A stretch of DNA of 20,000 bases from an uncultured virus (IMG/VR IMGVR_UViG_3300033075_000203). Lineage: Duplodnaviria > Heunggongvirae > Uroviricota > Caudoviricetes. The stretch is from IMG/VR virus record IMGVR_UViG_3300033075_000203; one strand, written 5' to 3'. The position numbers and the translations under genes are program-made. Within the stretch, counting starts at the first letter, position 1. Every line of letters starts with the position of its first letter. Shown one piece after another: positions 8,263 to 16,648 of this stretch. The notes under the pieces are model-generated. The model did not search any database and was not told the DNA's origin. It was given only the letters and a program-made list of their open reading frames with translations.

Positions 8263-8726
8263 CTCCCGAGCTTCCAGAGGCCGAGCCCGATCGCGTGCCA
8301 GACGTCGGTGCGGTGTTTGATGTTCCTCGGTAACTCGATGCGGAGCTTCTCCGCGTCGGTCAGCTTCTTACGACAACGCGCCTCGACGACGCTCGCGGGC
8401 GCTTGGCCTTTCCACTTCGCCGGCGTGACGAGCTCGACCTCGTCGGCGAGCATCGAGAGCGCGCCGACGAGGTTCGCGAGCTTGATCAAGTCGTTCGCGT
8501 CGCCCTTCGCTGCTCGGCCGCCGTACGTCTGGGGCTGCTCGATGATGAGAGAGTATTCGCGCGCGTCAGATCCGTTGTAGCTGTGAACCTGTCGATAGAG
8601 CGACTTGATACGCTCGACGAGCGTCTCGCCTTCCGGGCGCACGACATACGCGCAAAAGAGTTCCCCGGCGCTCCACACGGCGAGCCCCGTTCCGGTGAAG
8701 CCGGGATCAATGCTGAGCAGGTCCAT
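8259..8726 (-). CDS. RuvC-like Holliday junction resolvase
   Basis: LLSIDPG..TG.A, IIEQPQ, P..WKG, C-terminal DVWHAIGLG; GGAGG RBS; follows the polymerase. Confidence 0.75.
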   Translation of the reverse strand: MDLLSIDPGFTGTGLAVWSAGELFCAYVVRPEGETLVERIKSLYRQVHSYNGSDAREYSLIIEQPQTYGGRAAKGDANDLIKLANLVGALSMLADEVELVTPAKWKGQAPASVVEARCRKKLTDAEKLRIELPRNIKHRTDVWHAIGLGLWKLGR

Positions 8727-11709
8727 CCGTATCCTCCACCCACTTCGTTTTGCCGTCGATCTTGATCGGCTTCGACGGGACGAGCCGCCCGTCGCGATAG
8801 ACCGGCTCGGCGCCCTTTTGCCAGCGCCGCATCGCGACGGCCGTCGACGTACACGGGATCGACGGCATCCAGCGGCAGAGCGCCTCGACGACGATCTGCC
8901 TCTGACGTTCGGCTCGCGCGGTAAGCGTCGCGTCGTCGGGGTGCTCGACGATCGGCTCGTCGTGCAAGAACATGACGGGCCTCGATCCGTAGAGCACCGA
9001 TCCGACGGCGCTCGAGTAGCACTCGTCGGCGAGGTTGAAGAGCGCCTCCTTCATCGCGTCGGCGACGCGGCCTTGGAAGAAGCCGTTGCAGATCGACGTG
9101 AACCGAGCCCCGCCGCGGACGCGGTTCGACATGAGTTGGCGGATCGTACCTTCACCCGTCGACTCGTCGACCATCTCGGCGCACGCGCGAAAGTAGTCTC
9201 GGTTCTCCGGGTACGTCGAAAACCAGATCTCACGGATCCGTTGTGCCGATCGAAGCTGCTCCTCCGTCGACGTGCCGAACCATCGCGCGTGCTGCGCCTT
9301 GCTCATCTGCCCGGCGGCGTAGGCGACCATCGATCGCGCGCCGAGTCCGCCAGGGAAGCCGAAATTGGGACACTGTCCTACGACGATCGGTACACCTCCG
9401 TCACGCACGAGCACAAACGTCGATGGTACCGATAGGCAGACGACCTCTCCGTTGTAGGTGTACCGAGATATGTTGATGTTCTCGCCGCGTGAGTGTGCAT
9501 GGTCTTTGACGCTGAGTTCAAAGCACCTATCGCGAACCATCCTCGATTTTTTCCCTACGGTAGCTGCAAGCGCTTGTAGTACGTCCGCGTTCTGCTCCTG
9601 CATCGAGCTATACCCGTACGCGGTCGATTTAGGTCCGCTGTAAGAGTCCCAATATCTAGCCTCATTGACGACGAGGAGACGTTTATCGTGAGGTAGATCG
9701 AGCCATCGCCAAGGTAAATTCTTACCGTCGAGTACGTCCTTGACCCGCTTGCTTAGGTCGCGGTTTAGACAGAAGTTCGTGACTGGTTTCGGGTTGTTCG
9801 AGTTGATCCTGTTGCTCGTCGACTCCTCATACTGTCCCGGGAAGTGTGTGAGAACGGCTCGCATGCGAGCGATCTTTCTCTGTTTTGAAAATCCGAACCG
9901 TATGCGTCTACCGCTAAACGATCCGTCCGCCTGCGTCGCGACAGCGAGACGTAAAATCTGATCATCAACGAAATACGTGGGCGCATTCTGCAACACCCCG
10001 GCCCCTACCCAGGTACGACACTTCGTAAGGGATTCCGGCGTTACAACCTTGGGTAGTCCAGTAGCACCGAAGCCCAACATTCTGTGATCTGGGGTAACGC
10101 GCAGATCAATCCCTTCGTTGCGGAGCCATACCAATTCGTCCGCTTTACGTCGAGTTAGGTTCGTAGGGATCTGCCACACAAGGTCTACGCCGCCTTGTTT
10201 CGGTACAGCCGCCATTACTTCCTGTCCCCAACGCAGATCAGCTATACGTCGCCACCCTTCACGCGTAAGCACCTCGGTGTCCGGGTGAAAGCACTTCGCG
10301 AACTGTCGCGCTTCCTTCACGTCGGGATCGCCTTCGAGATAGCGCGCCTTTGCCTCGTATGGATCCATGTTGATGATGTTCGCGGCGAGGCGTAGATGCA
10401 GATCCGGGCCGCCGCTGCGGTGCTGCTCGACGAGCGCGTCGGCCATTTTCGACCATCCGACGAGCTCAAGGCAGTTCTGCGCGTGCGAGCGGAGCTCGAT
10501 CGTATCCGCGTCGGTACTGACATAGACCCAGCCCGGGCGCGGCACGAAGCAAGGTCGCACGTCGCCCTTACGCGGCGGGTTCTGGAAGTTCGTCCCGTCG
10601 CCGTTCGCGCCGGCCGAGCAACTCGTGCGGCCCGTTTCGACGAGCTCGTTGTAGCGCGCGCAGACCGGGCGATCGACGCCTGCCTTAACGACCGGCCCCC
10701 ACTGGCCGAGGTGCTTCTCGAACGTCATCGCCTCGGCGAGCGCGTGGAGCTGCGGATCGTCTGTTTTCTCGAGTGTCTCCTTGTCTGTCTGAACCTGACC
10801 CTCAGGAAAGCGATCGGTCGGATCCGTACGTGGCACGTCGATCTGTAGCCGCTCGAGCGACTCGACGACGCGTCGGCGGATCTCGGCCATCGTCCGCGTA
10901 CCGTCGGGCTTTAGGATCGCCGGCTGCGTCGGATCGGCGCCCCCTTTGCCGCCGCACTTCGAGCAGCCGACGCGCTTGCCTTCGCACGCGTCGCAGACGA
11001 GGTGCCCGCGCATGATCTCGATCTGCTCCTCGCATACGCCGACGAAGCGTTCGACCGCTGCGGCTTCGGCCCGGACGCCCCAGCACGACATCAGGTGGAG
11101 CGCCCATGCTGCCTGGGCCGTCTCGGTGAGGTTCGGTAGATCGCCGCCCCAGTGGTCCCGCATCTCGTCGTGCTGAGCCTTCCAGACGACGAGGTGTTCG
11201 ACGGCGTCGTTGATCGCGTAGCGCCTCGCGTCCTCGGGCCACTCGGCGATTGGTACGCCGTCGAGTAGCGCGTAGCGCAGTCGCCAGGTGTCCTCTTTTT
11301 CGAGGTGGCGGCCCGTGTAGAGCTCGACCAGCTCGGCGAGCGTATAGCCGGCCTTCGTCACGTATAGCGTCCCGTCGGCGCGCTTGCGGCGACGAAACTT
11401 ACGCATGCCGAGGGCGACGTCGATCACCTTCTGTCGGCTGATGGTGCAATGGATCCGCCCGTCGCGGTACGCGCGAAAGATCAGCGGTAGCAGATCGGGT
11501 GAGTCGGCCGCTGCGCAGGCGAGATCGAACGGCGCGTTGTGGCTCGTCAGATGGTCAGCGTACTTGAGCGCGCTGCGCAAGCGATCGAGCCCCGCGTCGC
11601 GTAGCTCGAGCAGCGGCTCGGCTCCCGGCTCGGCCCACGAGAAGCAGACGATCCGCGGCGCAAGAAGACCGGGCTTAATGAGGTGCGTCTCGGTGTCGAG
11701 GGCGATCAT
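8707..11709 (-). CDS. polA: DNA polymerase family A with a 3'-5' exonuclease domain, intein-containing
   Basis: ExoI ALDTET, ExoII HNAPFD, ExoIII YAINDA; ETGRTS, NFQNPPR; motif A STDADTIELR; motif B RQFAK/CPNFG; motif C FLHDE. Start at ATG 11709 with a GGAGG RBS. Confidence 0.93.
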   Translation of the reverse strand: MIALDTETHLIKPGLLAPRIVCFSWAEPGAEPLLELRDAGLDRLRSALKYADHLTSHNAPFDLACAAADSPDLLPLIFRAYRDGRIHCTISRQKVIDVALGMRKFRRRKRADGTLYVTKAGYTLAELVELYTGRHLEKEDTWRLRYALLDGVPIAEWPEDARRYAINDAVEHLVVWKAQHDEMRDHWGGDLPNLTETAQAAWALHLMSCWGVRAEAAAVERFVGVCEEQIEIMRGHLVCDACEGKRVGCSKCGGKGGADPTQPAILKPDGTRTMAEIRRRVVESLERLQIDVPRTDPTDRFPEGQVQTDKETLEKTDDPQLHALAEAMTFEKHLGQWGPVVKAGVDRPVCARYNELVETGRTSCSAGANGDGTNFQNPPRKGDVRPCFVPRPGWVYVSTDADTIELRSHAQNCLELVGWSKMADALVEQHRSGGPDLHLRLAANIINMDPYEAKARYLEGDPDVKEARQFAKCFHPDTEVLTREGWRRIADLRWGQEVMAAVPKQGGVDLVWQIPTNLTRRKADELVWLRNEGIDLRVTPDHRMLGFGATGLPKVVTPESLTKCRTWVGAGVLQNAPTYFVDDQILRLAVATQADGSFSGRRIRFGFSKQRKIARMRAVLTHFPGQYEESTSNRINSNNPKPVTNFCLNRDLSKRVKDVLDGKNLPWRWLDLPHDKRLLVVNEARYWDSYSGPKSTAYGYSSMQEQNADVLQALAATVGKKSRMVRDRCFELSVKDHAHSRGENINISRYTYNGEVVCLSVPSTFVLVRDGGVPIVVGQCPNFGFPGGLGARSMVAYAAGQMSKAQHARWFGTSTEEQLRSAQRIREIWFSTYPENRDYFRACAEMVDESTGEGTIRQLMSNRVRGGARFTSICNGFFQGRVADAMKEALFNLADECYSSAVGSVLYGSRPVMFLHDEPIVEHPDDATLTARAERQRQIVVEALCRWMPSIPCTSTAVAMRRWQKGAEPVYRDGRLVPSKPIKIDGKTKWVEDTDGPAQH
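9373..10293 (-). mobile_element. Intein (307 aa) with a LAGLIDADG-type homing endonuclease, inserted in polymerase motif B
   Basis: Block A CFHPDTEVLTREGW; block B VTPDHRM; ATQADGS and RYWDS endonuclease-like blocks; block F VVCLSVP; ends VVGQ/C. Removal restores RQFAK-CPNFG. Visibly more AT-rich than the flanks. Confidence 0.92.
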
Positions 11710-11726
11710 GTGCCTCCAATCAGTTG

Positions 11727-11780
11727 AGCGCGCCGCGGGAACTCGAACCCGCGTAGCTGTAGCTAGGACCACCGCGCGCT
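11727..11780 (-). ncRNA. tRNA-like mini-structure (acceptor-like stem plus T-arm plus small hairpin); not a complete tRNA
   Basis: Minus strand AGCGCGC-GGTGGTCC-TAGCTACAGCTA-CGCGGG-TTCGAGTT-CCCGCG-GCGCGCT. Confidence 0.5.
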
Positions 11781-11791
11781 TTGCTATCTCT

Positions 11792-12253
11792 CTACTCGAG
11801 CGACGCCGCGATCTCGGCGTACTTCTTCTGCTCCTTCTCAGTCAGCGCCTTCCAGACGTGCCGCGTGAACGGGTTGCCCGCCTTCGTCGGCTTGTTGAAC
11901 GTCGACGTGCGGATCAACGTCCCCGCGAGCGGCTGCTCCTTACCGACGATCGCGAGCACGCCGGCCTCGTCGACCTCGTCGGGAGCGCAGCCCGTCGCCG
12001 CGCAGATGAACCCGTTGATGTTGCCCGGCGCGGCGTCCTTGTCCATCGTGACCATCCACGAGCACTCGGCCTTCGGCGGCAGCTTCTCGATGTTCGACTC
12101 GACGATCTTGCACTCGACGACGAAGAAGTCGATGCCCTTGCGCGTCTTGCCGTGCTTGCACGCCTGGATCTCGACGACGTACTCGCCGTCTGGCTCGAAG
12201 TACCGTCCGCCCTCGGTGGCCCGTGCGTCTGCGACTTTCGCGAAAACTCCCAT
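11792..12253 (-). CDS. Putative single-stranded DNA-binding protein (OB-fold-like)
   Basis: Lies between helicase and polymerase; GGRYFEPDGEYVVEI and beta-rich pattern; AGGAG RBS after a purine-rich leader. Confidence 0.55.
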   Translation of the reverse strand: MGVFAKVADARATEGGRYFEPDGEYVVEIQACKHGKTRKGIDFFVVECKIVESNIEKLPPKAECSWMVTMDKDAAPGNINGFICAATGCAPDEVDEAGVLAIVGKEQPLAGTLIRTSTFNKPTKAGNPFTRHVWKALTEKEQKKYAEIAASLE

Positions 12254-12321
12254 GATGTCACTCCTACTCTTTCTCTTTCCCTACGTTCCCGTCGCGGCTC
12301 ATTCCGTCGGCGGGGTGCTGC

Positions 12322-14106
12322 TCAAAAATCGAACCCGATCCACGTCGCCATCAGCAGTTTTTGCCGTGCGCCGTGCGCCTCCTCGACGAAGCGCGCGTCC
12401 TCGCGCGACTTCGCGACGGCGTCGACGAGCGATAGATCGTGCTGATAGAGCTCGACCTCGACCTCGTCGGCCTCCTGCCCGGGGCGGTGCGTACGACCGA
12501 GTAGCTGCTCGCACGTCGTACCGTTCGCGGGCCACGTCAACACGAGGTTCCGTCGGAAGTGCTGCAAGTTCTTCCCGTCCTTGTGCGCCTCGACCGACGC
12601 CGCGCAGACGCGCCCGCGGAACGTCGTGATCGCGTCGCCTTCTTTCCCCGGGCCGAACACGGGGATCCCGCGGTGCGCGAGCGCGACGCCGAGTTCGACG
12701 TGCTCGTACCAGATGATCGCCGGAGCTTCGTCGACGACCTCACGCGACCAGGCCCAGACGTCGTCGATCAAGAACGACGAGAGCCACACGGCCTCGACGG
12801 GCGGGTGAGGCTTCCACCGATCGCGGACGGCGCTCCACGCGTCCCACGCGACAAGGTGCTCGTGCGCGAGCTCCCCACGTGCCGCGGCATTCGCGACGAG
12901 CAGCGGCGAGTCGAGCCCTTCGCGCGACTGGTAGCGCAGGACGTGTCGCACGCTCTTGTGCCACTCGGCGCGCGCGTCGAGCCACTCGTGATCTTTCTCG
13001 CCGTTCGGCCACGCCCAGCGGTAGTAGAAGCCACACGCGAGCTGGCGCGCGACGCGCGCGACGTCTTTGGCGTCCTGCAGTTCCTCGTCCTCGATCGTCC
13101 ACGTCGCGCGGAGTTTGCTAAGCGCCGTTCGGACGTTCGGTGGGACGAGGATGTCGCGGCGCGAGATCTCGAGGTCGCACTGCGCCGCGCTGTCGCTCGT
13201 CGCGACGACGCCCGCCGTCGACGTCATACGCGCGCGGTAGATCGTCCGCGCGGCCATGCGCGTATCGTCTCCGCACGCGCGGACGACCTCGTAGCCGAAG
13301 CTCGGCCCCATCAGCTCGAGCAGCGCCCCGGGCGCGAAGTCGCCGCCGGCCTCGAGCGCGCGCGACCAGTCGTCGGCGTCGCGGTACGCGATCGGTACGG
13401 GCGAGCCGCCGCGTAGGGCGAGCTCCATTAGGTGCTGATAGTCGCGCGGCGAGTCGTTCGCGATCGTCCCCGAGAGGCCGCAGAAGATCGTCTCGGGGTG
13501 CTCCTTCATGTACCGCAGAAAGCGTTTCGTCCTCGCCGACGACGCGTGTCGAAAGCAGTGCGCCTCGTTCGCGATGATCAAGTCCGGGCGCAACGCCTCG
13601 AGCAGCCCGGTACCTTTCGCCGTCGACAGCTCCGAGTACGACAGCACGCGAAACCGCTCGCGCTGGATGCGGAAGTGTCGCCCATAGCGAGGCAGATCGA
13701 TCTCGAGCATCTGCGACTTCAGCCGCGGCTTCGTGATGATGACCGCGCGCTCGGCCCGTAGCGCCTCGGGCAGTAGCAGGCAAGCGAGCTCCTTACCGTG
13801 TCCGACGCCGACGGCGGCGAGCAGTCCTCGCGCGCGCTCGGCCTCCCACAAGATCGCCGACTGAACCGGACGCAGCTTCGCCCCACCGTCGCGGCAGAGC
13901 TCGCAGCCGTAGCAGTCCGGGTACTCTCGCCGAAAGAGCGCCGTCAGATCTTCGACGCGCGCGAAGTCGAGCGAACGAACGGGCAGGCCGAAGATGCGCC
14001 TCCACTCGAGCGTTTTCGTCACGCCTTGCTTCGCGCGCGCGTCGTCGATCGCCGTGCCGCGGCGCAGCTTCTCGCCGGGCGGCAAGAGCTTGTCCGACAG
14101 CTTCAC
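12322..14106 (-). CDS. Superfamily 2 (DExH/SNF2-like) helicase
   Basis: Q motif LRPVQ, Walker A GVGHGKE, Walker B IIANEAH, motif III LSGT, motif V GKNLQ, motif VI EQLLGRTHRPGQ. Confidence 0.85.
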   Translation of the reverse strand: MKLSDKLLPPGEKLRRGTAIDDARAKQGVTKTLEWRRIFGLPVRSLDFARVEDLTALFRREYPDCYGCELCRDGGAKLRPVQSAILWEAERARGLLAAVGVGHGKELACLLLPEALRAERAVIITKPRLKSQMLEIDLPRYGRHFRIQRERFRVLSYSELSTAKGTGLLEALRPDLIIANEAHCFRHASSARTKRFLRYMKEHPETIFCGLSGTIANDSPRDYQHLMELALRGGSPVPIAYRDADDWSRALEAGGDFAPGALLELMGPSFGYEVVRACGDDTRMAARTIYRARMTSTAGVVATSDSAAQCDLEISRRDILVPPNVRTALSKLRATWTIEDEELQDAKDVARVARQLACGFYYRWAWPNGEKDHEWLDARAEWHKSVRHVLRYQSREGLDSPLLVANAAARGELAHEHLVAWDAWSAVRDRWKPHPPVEAVWLSSFLIDDVWAWSREVVDEAPAIIWYEHVELGVALAHRGIPVFGPGKEGDAITTFRGRVCAASVEAHKDGKNLQHFRRNLVLTWPANGTTCEQLLGRTHRPGQEADEVEVELYQHDLSLVDAVAKSREDARFVEEAHGARQKLLMATWIGFDF

Positions 14107-14933
14107 GGCAGGAGGTTCCCGAGCAGAGCTTCCTCGTCGATCTCGAACCCCGCCGCGTTGCGGTGCCCGCCGCCGCCGAACATCTTAGCGATCTCCGCGA
14201 CGTCGATCCCGTCCTTCGTCGAGCGTAGACTCACTCGCGTTTTTCCGTCGGCGGCAGCGTACCAAGTTGCTCCGAACGGACGACCCTGCGCGAGTACTTC
14301 GCCGACCTCGGATTGCAGCACCGGCGCGTTCGCGAAGAGTATCTTGTGTCCGCTGATGAGTATTTCCCGCGCCGTCTTGGTGATACGCTCGACGAGCTGA
14401 GCCTGCGCGCGCAGGATCGCCGCACCTTCTTTGCTCACCGATCCCCAAGAGTTATTCAGACGTTCCGCGAGCTTCGTCCAACCCAGGAACGCTTGCTGCT
14501 CGGCGCCGATGGCGGCGTTGATCTCCTTGGAGTCGACGAGCTTCCAACGCCAGAGATCGCGATCTTCGACGTAGTCGACGAGACGTGTCGACTCCCACGC
14601 GCACCCGAAGTGATCTGCGGCCAGCTTCGCGCCGCTGCGGTGCATGTCGAAGCGGCAGAAGTCGAGCCCCGCAAGCGTCTCTTGCGCGCTCTTATGGTGA
14701 TTGAGCACGAGCAGCGATCGGGCTCGCGCGTGCATCTCGACGAGCACCTCGCGCGGATAGGAGAAGTCGAGCACGTAGACCTCCCGCCCTTCGAGCGACG
14801 AGAGCGGCGGCGCGTCGCCGTACTGCGCCGGAAGGTACTCGGCCTCGTCTCCGAGCTTTTGCCACGCGACCCACGCCGCCGTGAACCCGTCGGGGCAGCC
14901 CGGCCCGTGGTAAATGACGAGCGAGCGGCTCAT
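14103..14933 (-). CDS. DHH/DHHA1 family phosphoesterase (NrnB-like)
   Basis: VIYH...CPDGF, YVLDFS, LNHH, SGA, YVEDRDLW, VSLRS, GGGGHRNAAG. Start at the ATGA overlap at 14933. Confidence 0.88.
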   Translation of the reverse strand: MSRSLVIYHGPGCPDGFTAAWVAWQKLGDEAEYLPAQYGDAPPLSSLEGREVYVLDFSYPREVLVEMHARARSLLVLNHHKSAQETLAGLDFCRFDMHRSGAKLAADHFGCAWESTRLVDYVEDRDLWRWKLVDSKEINAAIGAEQQAFLGWTKLAERLNNSWGSVSKEGAAILRAQAQLVERITKTAREILISGHKILFANAPVLQSEVGEVLAQGRPFGATWYAAADGKTRVSLRSTKDGIDVAEIAKMFGGGGHRNAAGFEIDEEALLGNLLP

Positions 14934-16648
14934 CGGATCCCCCGCACGACGAGCGCCGCGTGCGGCACGAGCTCCTCGAGCGCGACCTCGGCGCCGCGCT
15001 GGCGGGAGTCGATCGCGAGCGCCTCGGGGCACGTGTCGAGCGCCTCGCGGATCGCGACGGCGAGAACGGCCGCGCTCGTGTAGGAGATCAAGCGCCAGTC
15101 CGCGACGCCCTGCGCGCCGGTCTTGGGATCGATGTACGCCGCCGCCGCCGCTTCGGCGATCGGGGCGAGCCACTCTTCGAGCGGCGTCGCCGTCGCGCCT
15201 TTCTGCGGCAAGCAGTCGACGAACAGGACCGGCTTGATCGCCGGCACTTTTCGCGCTGCGCGCTGCGGGACGTGCGCGTCGAGCTCGGCCTTGAGCGCCT
15301 TGCTCGCCTCGACGATCTTCGCTTGCGGCGTCTCGACGCGCGCGGGCGGTGGAGGACCATCGGCGCGAGCGGCTTGACGCGCGGCCTCGAGCTCCGCTTC
15401 GGTCGACGCCGTCGGCTGCTCCTTCTTCGGTCGGCCGCGCTTCTTCGCCGTCGCCTCGACCTCGGCGACGTACTCGGGCGTCGACGTTCGCGGCGGTGCG
15501 TCCGGTGGTACGACGGCGTCGGGCGCCGAAACGACGCGGAGCGCGGGCTGCATCGTAAACGGCGACGCTGCCGCGGGCGGCGATTCTGGTTTCGGCGCGG
15601 CTGGTGCGGGCGCGGGCGGCGGCGGTGCGGCGGCGAGTCCGGCGTTGCGCTTGGCGAGTCGTTCGGCGAGGGACAATCCGGTACCGTTTGGTGCGGCCAT
15701 TTTGGGGAATCCTTTGGTTAGGTGTTGGGTTGAGATCAGACCCGCGCACGACGCGCGGTGAAAGCATCCGCCGTAATCGCTACAGGCGGCGGTGTTTGGT
15801 TCCAGATCGTCCGCCGACGCGCAGCTCGTCGCTACGCGGACCATCGCGCGAACGTCCTCGACGGCCTCGCCGAAATAGTCCGCGGCGCGCTGGCGCGAGA
15901 CGAAGATCGGCGGACCGTCGCCCGGCGTCGCGAGCACGCGCGCCGGCGGCTTGCGGCGGATCACGACGTGGCCGATCGACACCTGCGCGGGCTCGAACTC
16001 GCGATAGAGCGCCTCGGCGTAGCTGAGCATCTGTAGATTGCTTTCGAGCTGCTCGCGCGTCTTGGCGTACTTGAAGTCGCTCGTCGACTTGAGATCGTCG
16101 GCCTGGAGCCAATCCGGTCCGCGCTGATAGACCCAGTCGATGTACCCGAGCCACTGCGGCCCGCCGACGAACGTGTCGATGCGAAACTCGTGCTGGACCA
16201 TCGCGCGACCGGGCTCGGGCAGATACGGGATCAACGCCCGGAGGTGCTCGACCCACGGGCCGTCGCTCCGTAACTCCTCGCCGCGCAGGTACGGCTGAAC
16301 GTAGTTGTCGTCGATGTCCTGCCCGGCGGCCTGCGCGGCGCTCTGCTCTTCGCGCCGACCTTCGATGTATGAGTAGAACCACTTTCGCGGGCACGTGCGA
16401 AACAACTCGACCTGGCTCGCGCTTGTCTGCTGTAGTACGCGCAGGCGTCGCGAAACGAAGGCGTCCTCGAGCACGGATACAGGTTCCACGAGAGATACTT
16501 CTACGGCCTCGGCTGTCGGTTTGTCAACAAAAATTTTCGTTCTCCTTGCTTCGACGCACGCCGGAAGCGTGCACAAAAACCATCCCGCGTCGTCGGCGCC
16601 GTCGCGGTTTTTCTGGTATCCCGTGCCGTCGCACGCCGAGCAACTCAT
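14930..16648 (-). CDS. PD-(D/E)XK nuclease (Cas4/RecB-like, Fe-S type) with a long C-terminal extension
   Basis: SASQ...CPRKW, GYID, DLKS, QMLSY, CSDYGGCFHRASC; N-terminal CxxC/CxxxxC; Pro/Ala-rich linker and a C-terminal domain. Confidence 0.85.
   Translation of the reverse strand: MSCSACDGTGYQKNRDGADDAGWFLCTLPACVEARRTKIFVDKPTAEAVEVSLVEPVSVLEDAFVSRRLRVLQQTSASQVELFRTCPRKWFYSYIEGRREEQSAAQAAGQDIDDNYVQPYLRGEELRSDGPWVEHLRALIPYLPEPGRAMVQHEFRIDTFVGGPQWLGYIDWVYQRGPDWLQADDLKSTSDFKYAKTREQLESNLQMLSYAEALYREFEPAQVSIGHVVIRRKPPARVLATPGDGPPIFVSRQRAADYFGEAVEDVRAMVRVATSCASADDLEPNTAACSDYGGCFHRASCAGLISTQHLTKGFPKMAAPNGTGLSLAERLAKRNAGLAAAPPPPAPAPAAPKPESPPAAASPFTMQPALRVVSAPDAVVPPDAPPRTSTPEYVAEVEATAKKRGRPKKEQPTASTEAELEAARQAARADGPPPPARVETPQAKIVEASKALKAELDAHVPQRAARKVPAIKPVLFVDCLPQKGATATPLEEWLAPIAEAAAAAYIDPKTGAQGVADWRLISYTSAAVLAVAIREALDTCPEALAIDSRQRGAEVALEELVPHAALVVRGIR
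16498..16538 (-). promoter_or_regulatory. Putative intragenic promoter
   Basis: Minus strand AAAATTTTTG-TTGACA-18 bp-TAGAAG; in-frame GTG (16489) 8 nt downstream. Confidence 0.4.

Noticed and set aside
11727..11780. Canonical tRNA gene or intrinsic terminator
   Set aside because: Only 54 nt with no proper D or anticodon arm, an 8-nt T-loop, no CCA and no U-tract. Kept only as a tRNA-like structure.
11384..13416. Long plus-strand ORFs (11384..12445, 11781..12629, 12559..13416) and similar antisense ORFs such as 2242..3231
   Set aside because: Antisense shadows of well-supported genes, expected at high GC; no motifs or RBS.
14934..15767. Long N-terminal extension of the DHH ORF (554 aa in the ORF track)
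   Set aside because: Arg-rich shadow frame overlapping the nuclease gene; the real start is the ATGA overlap at 14933.
14930..16648. CRISPR-associated cas4
   Set aside because: No cas1, cas2 or array nearby; solo Cas4-like nucleases are common in phage replication modules.
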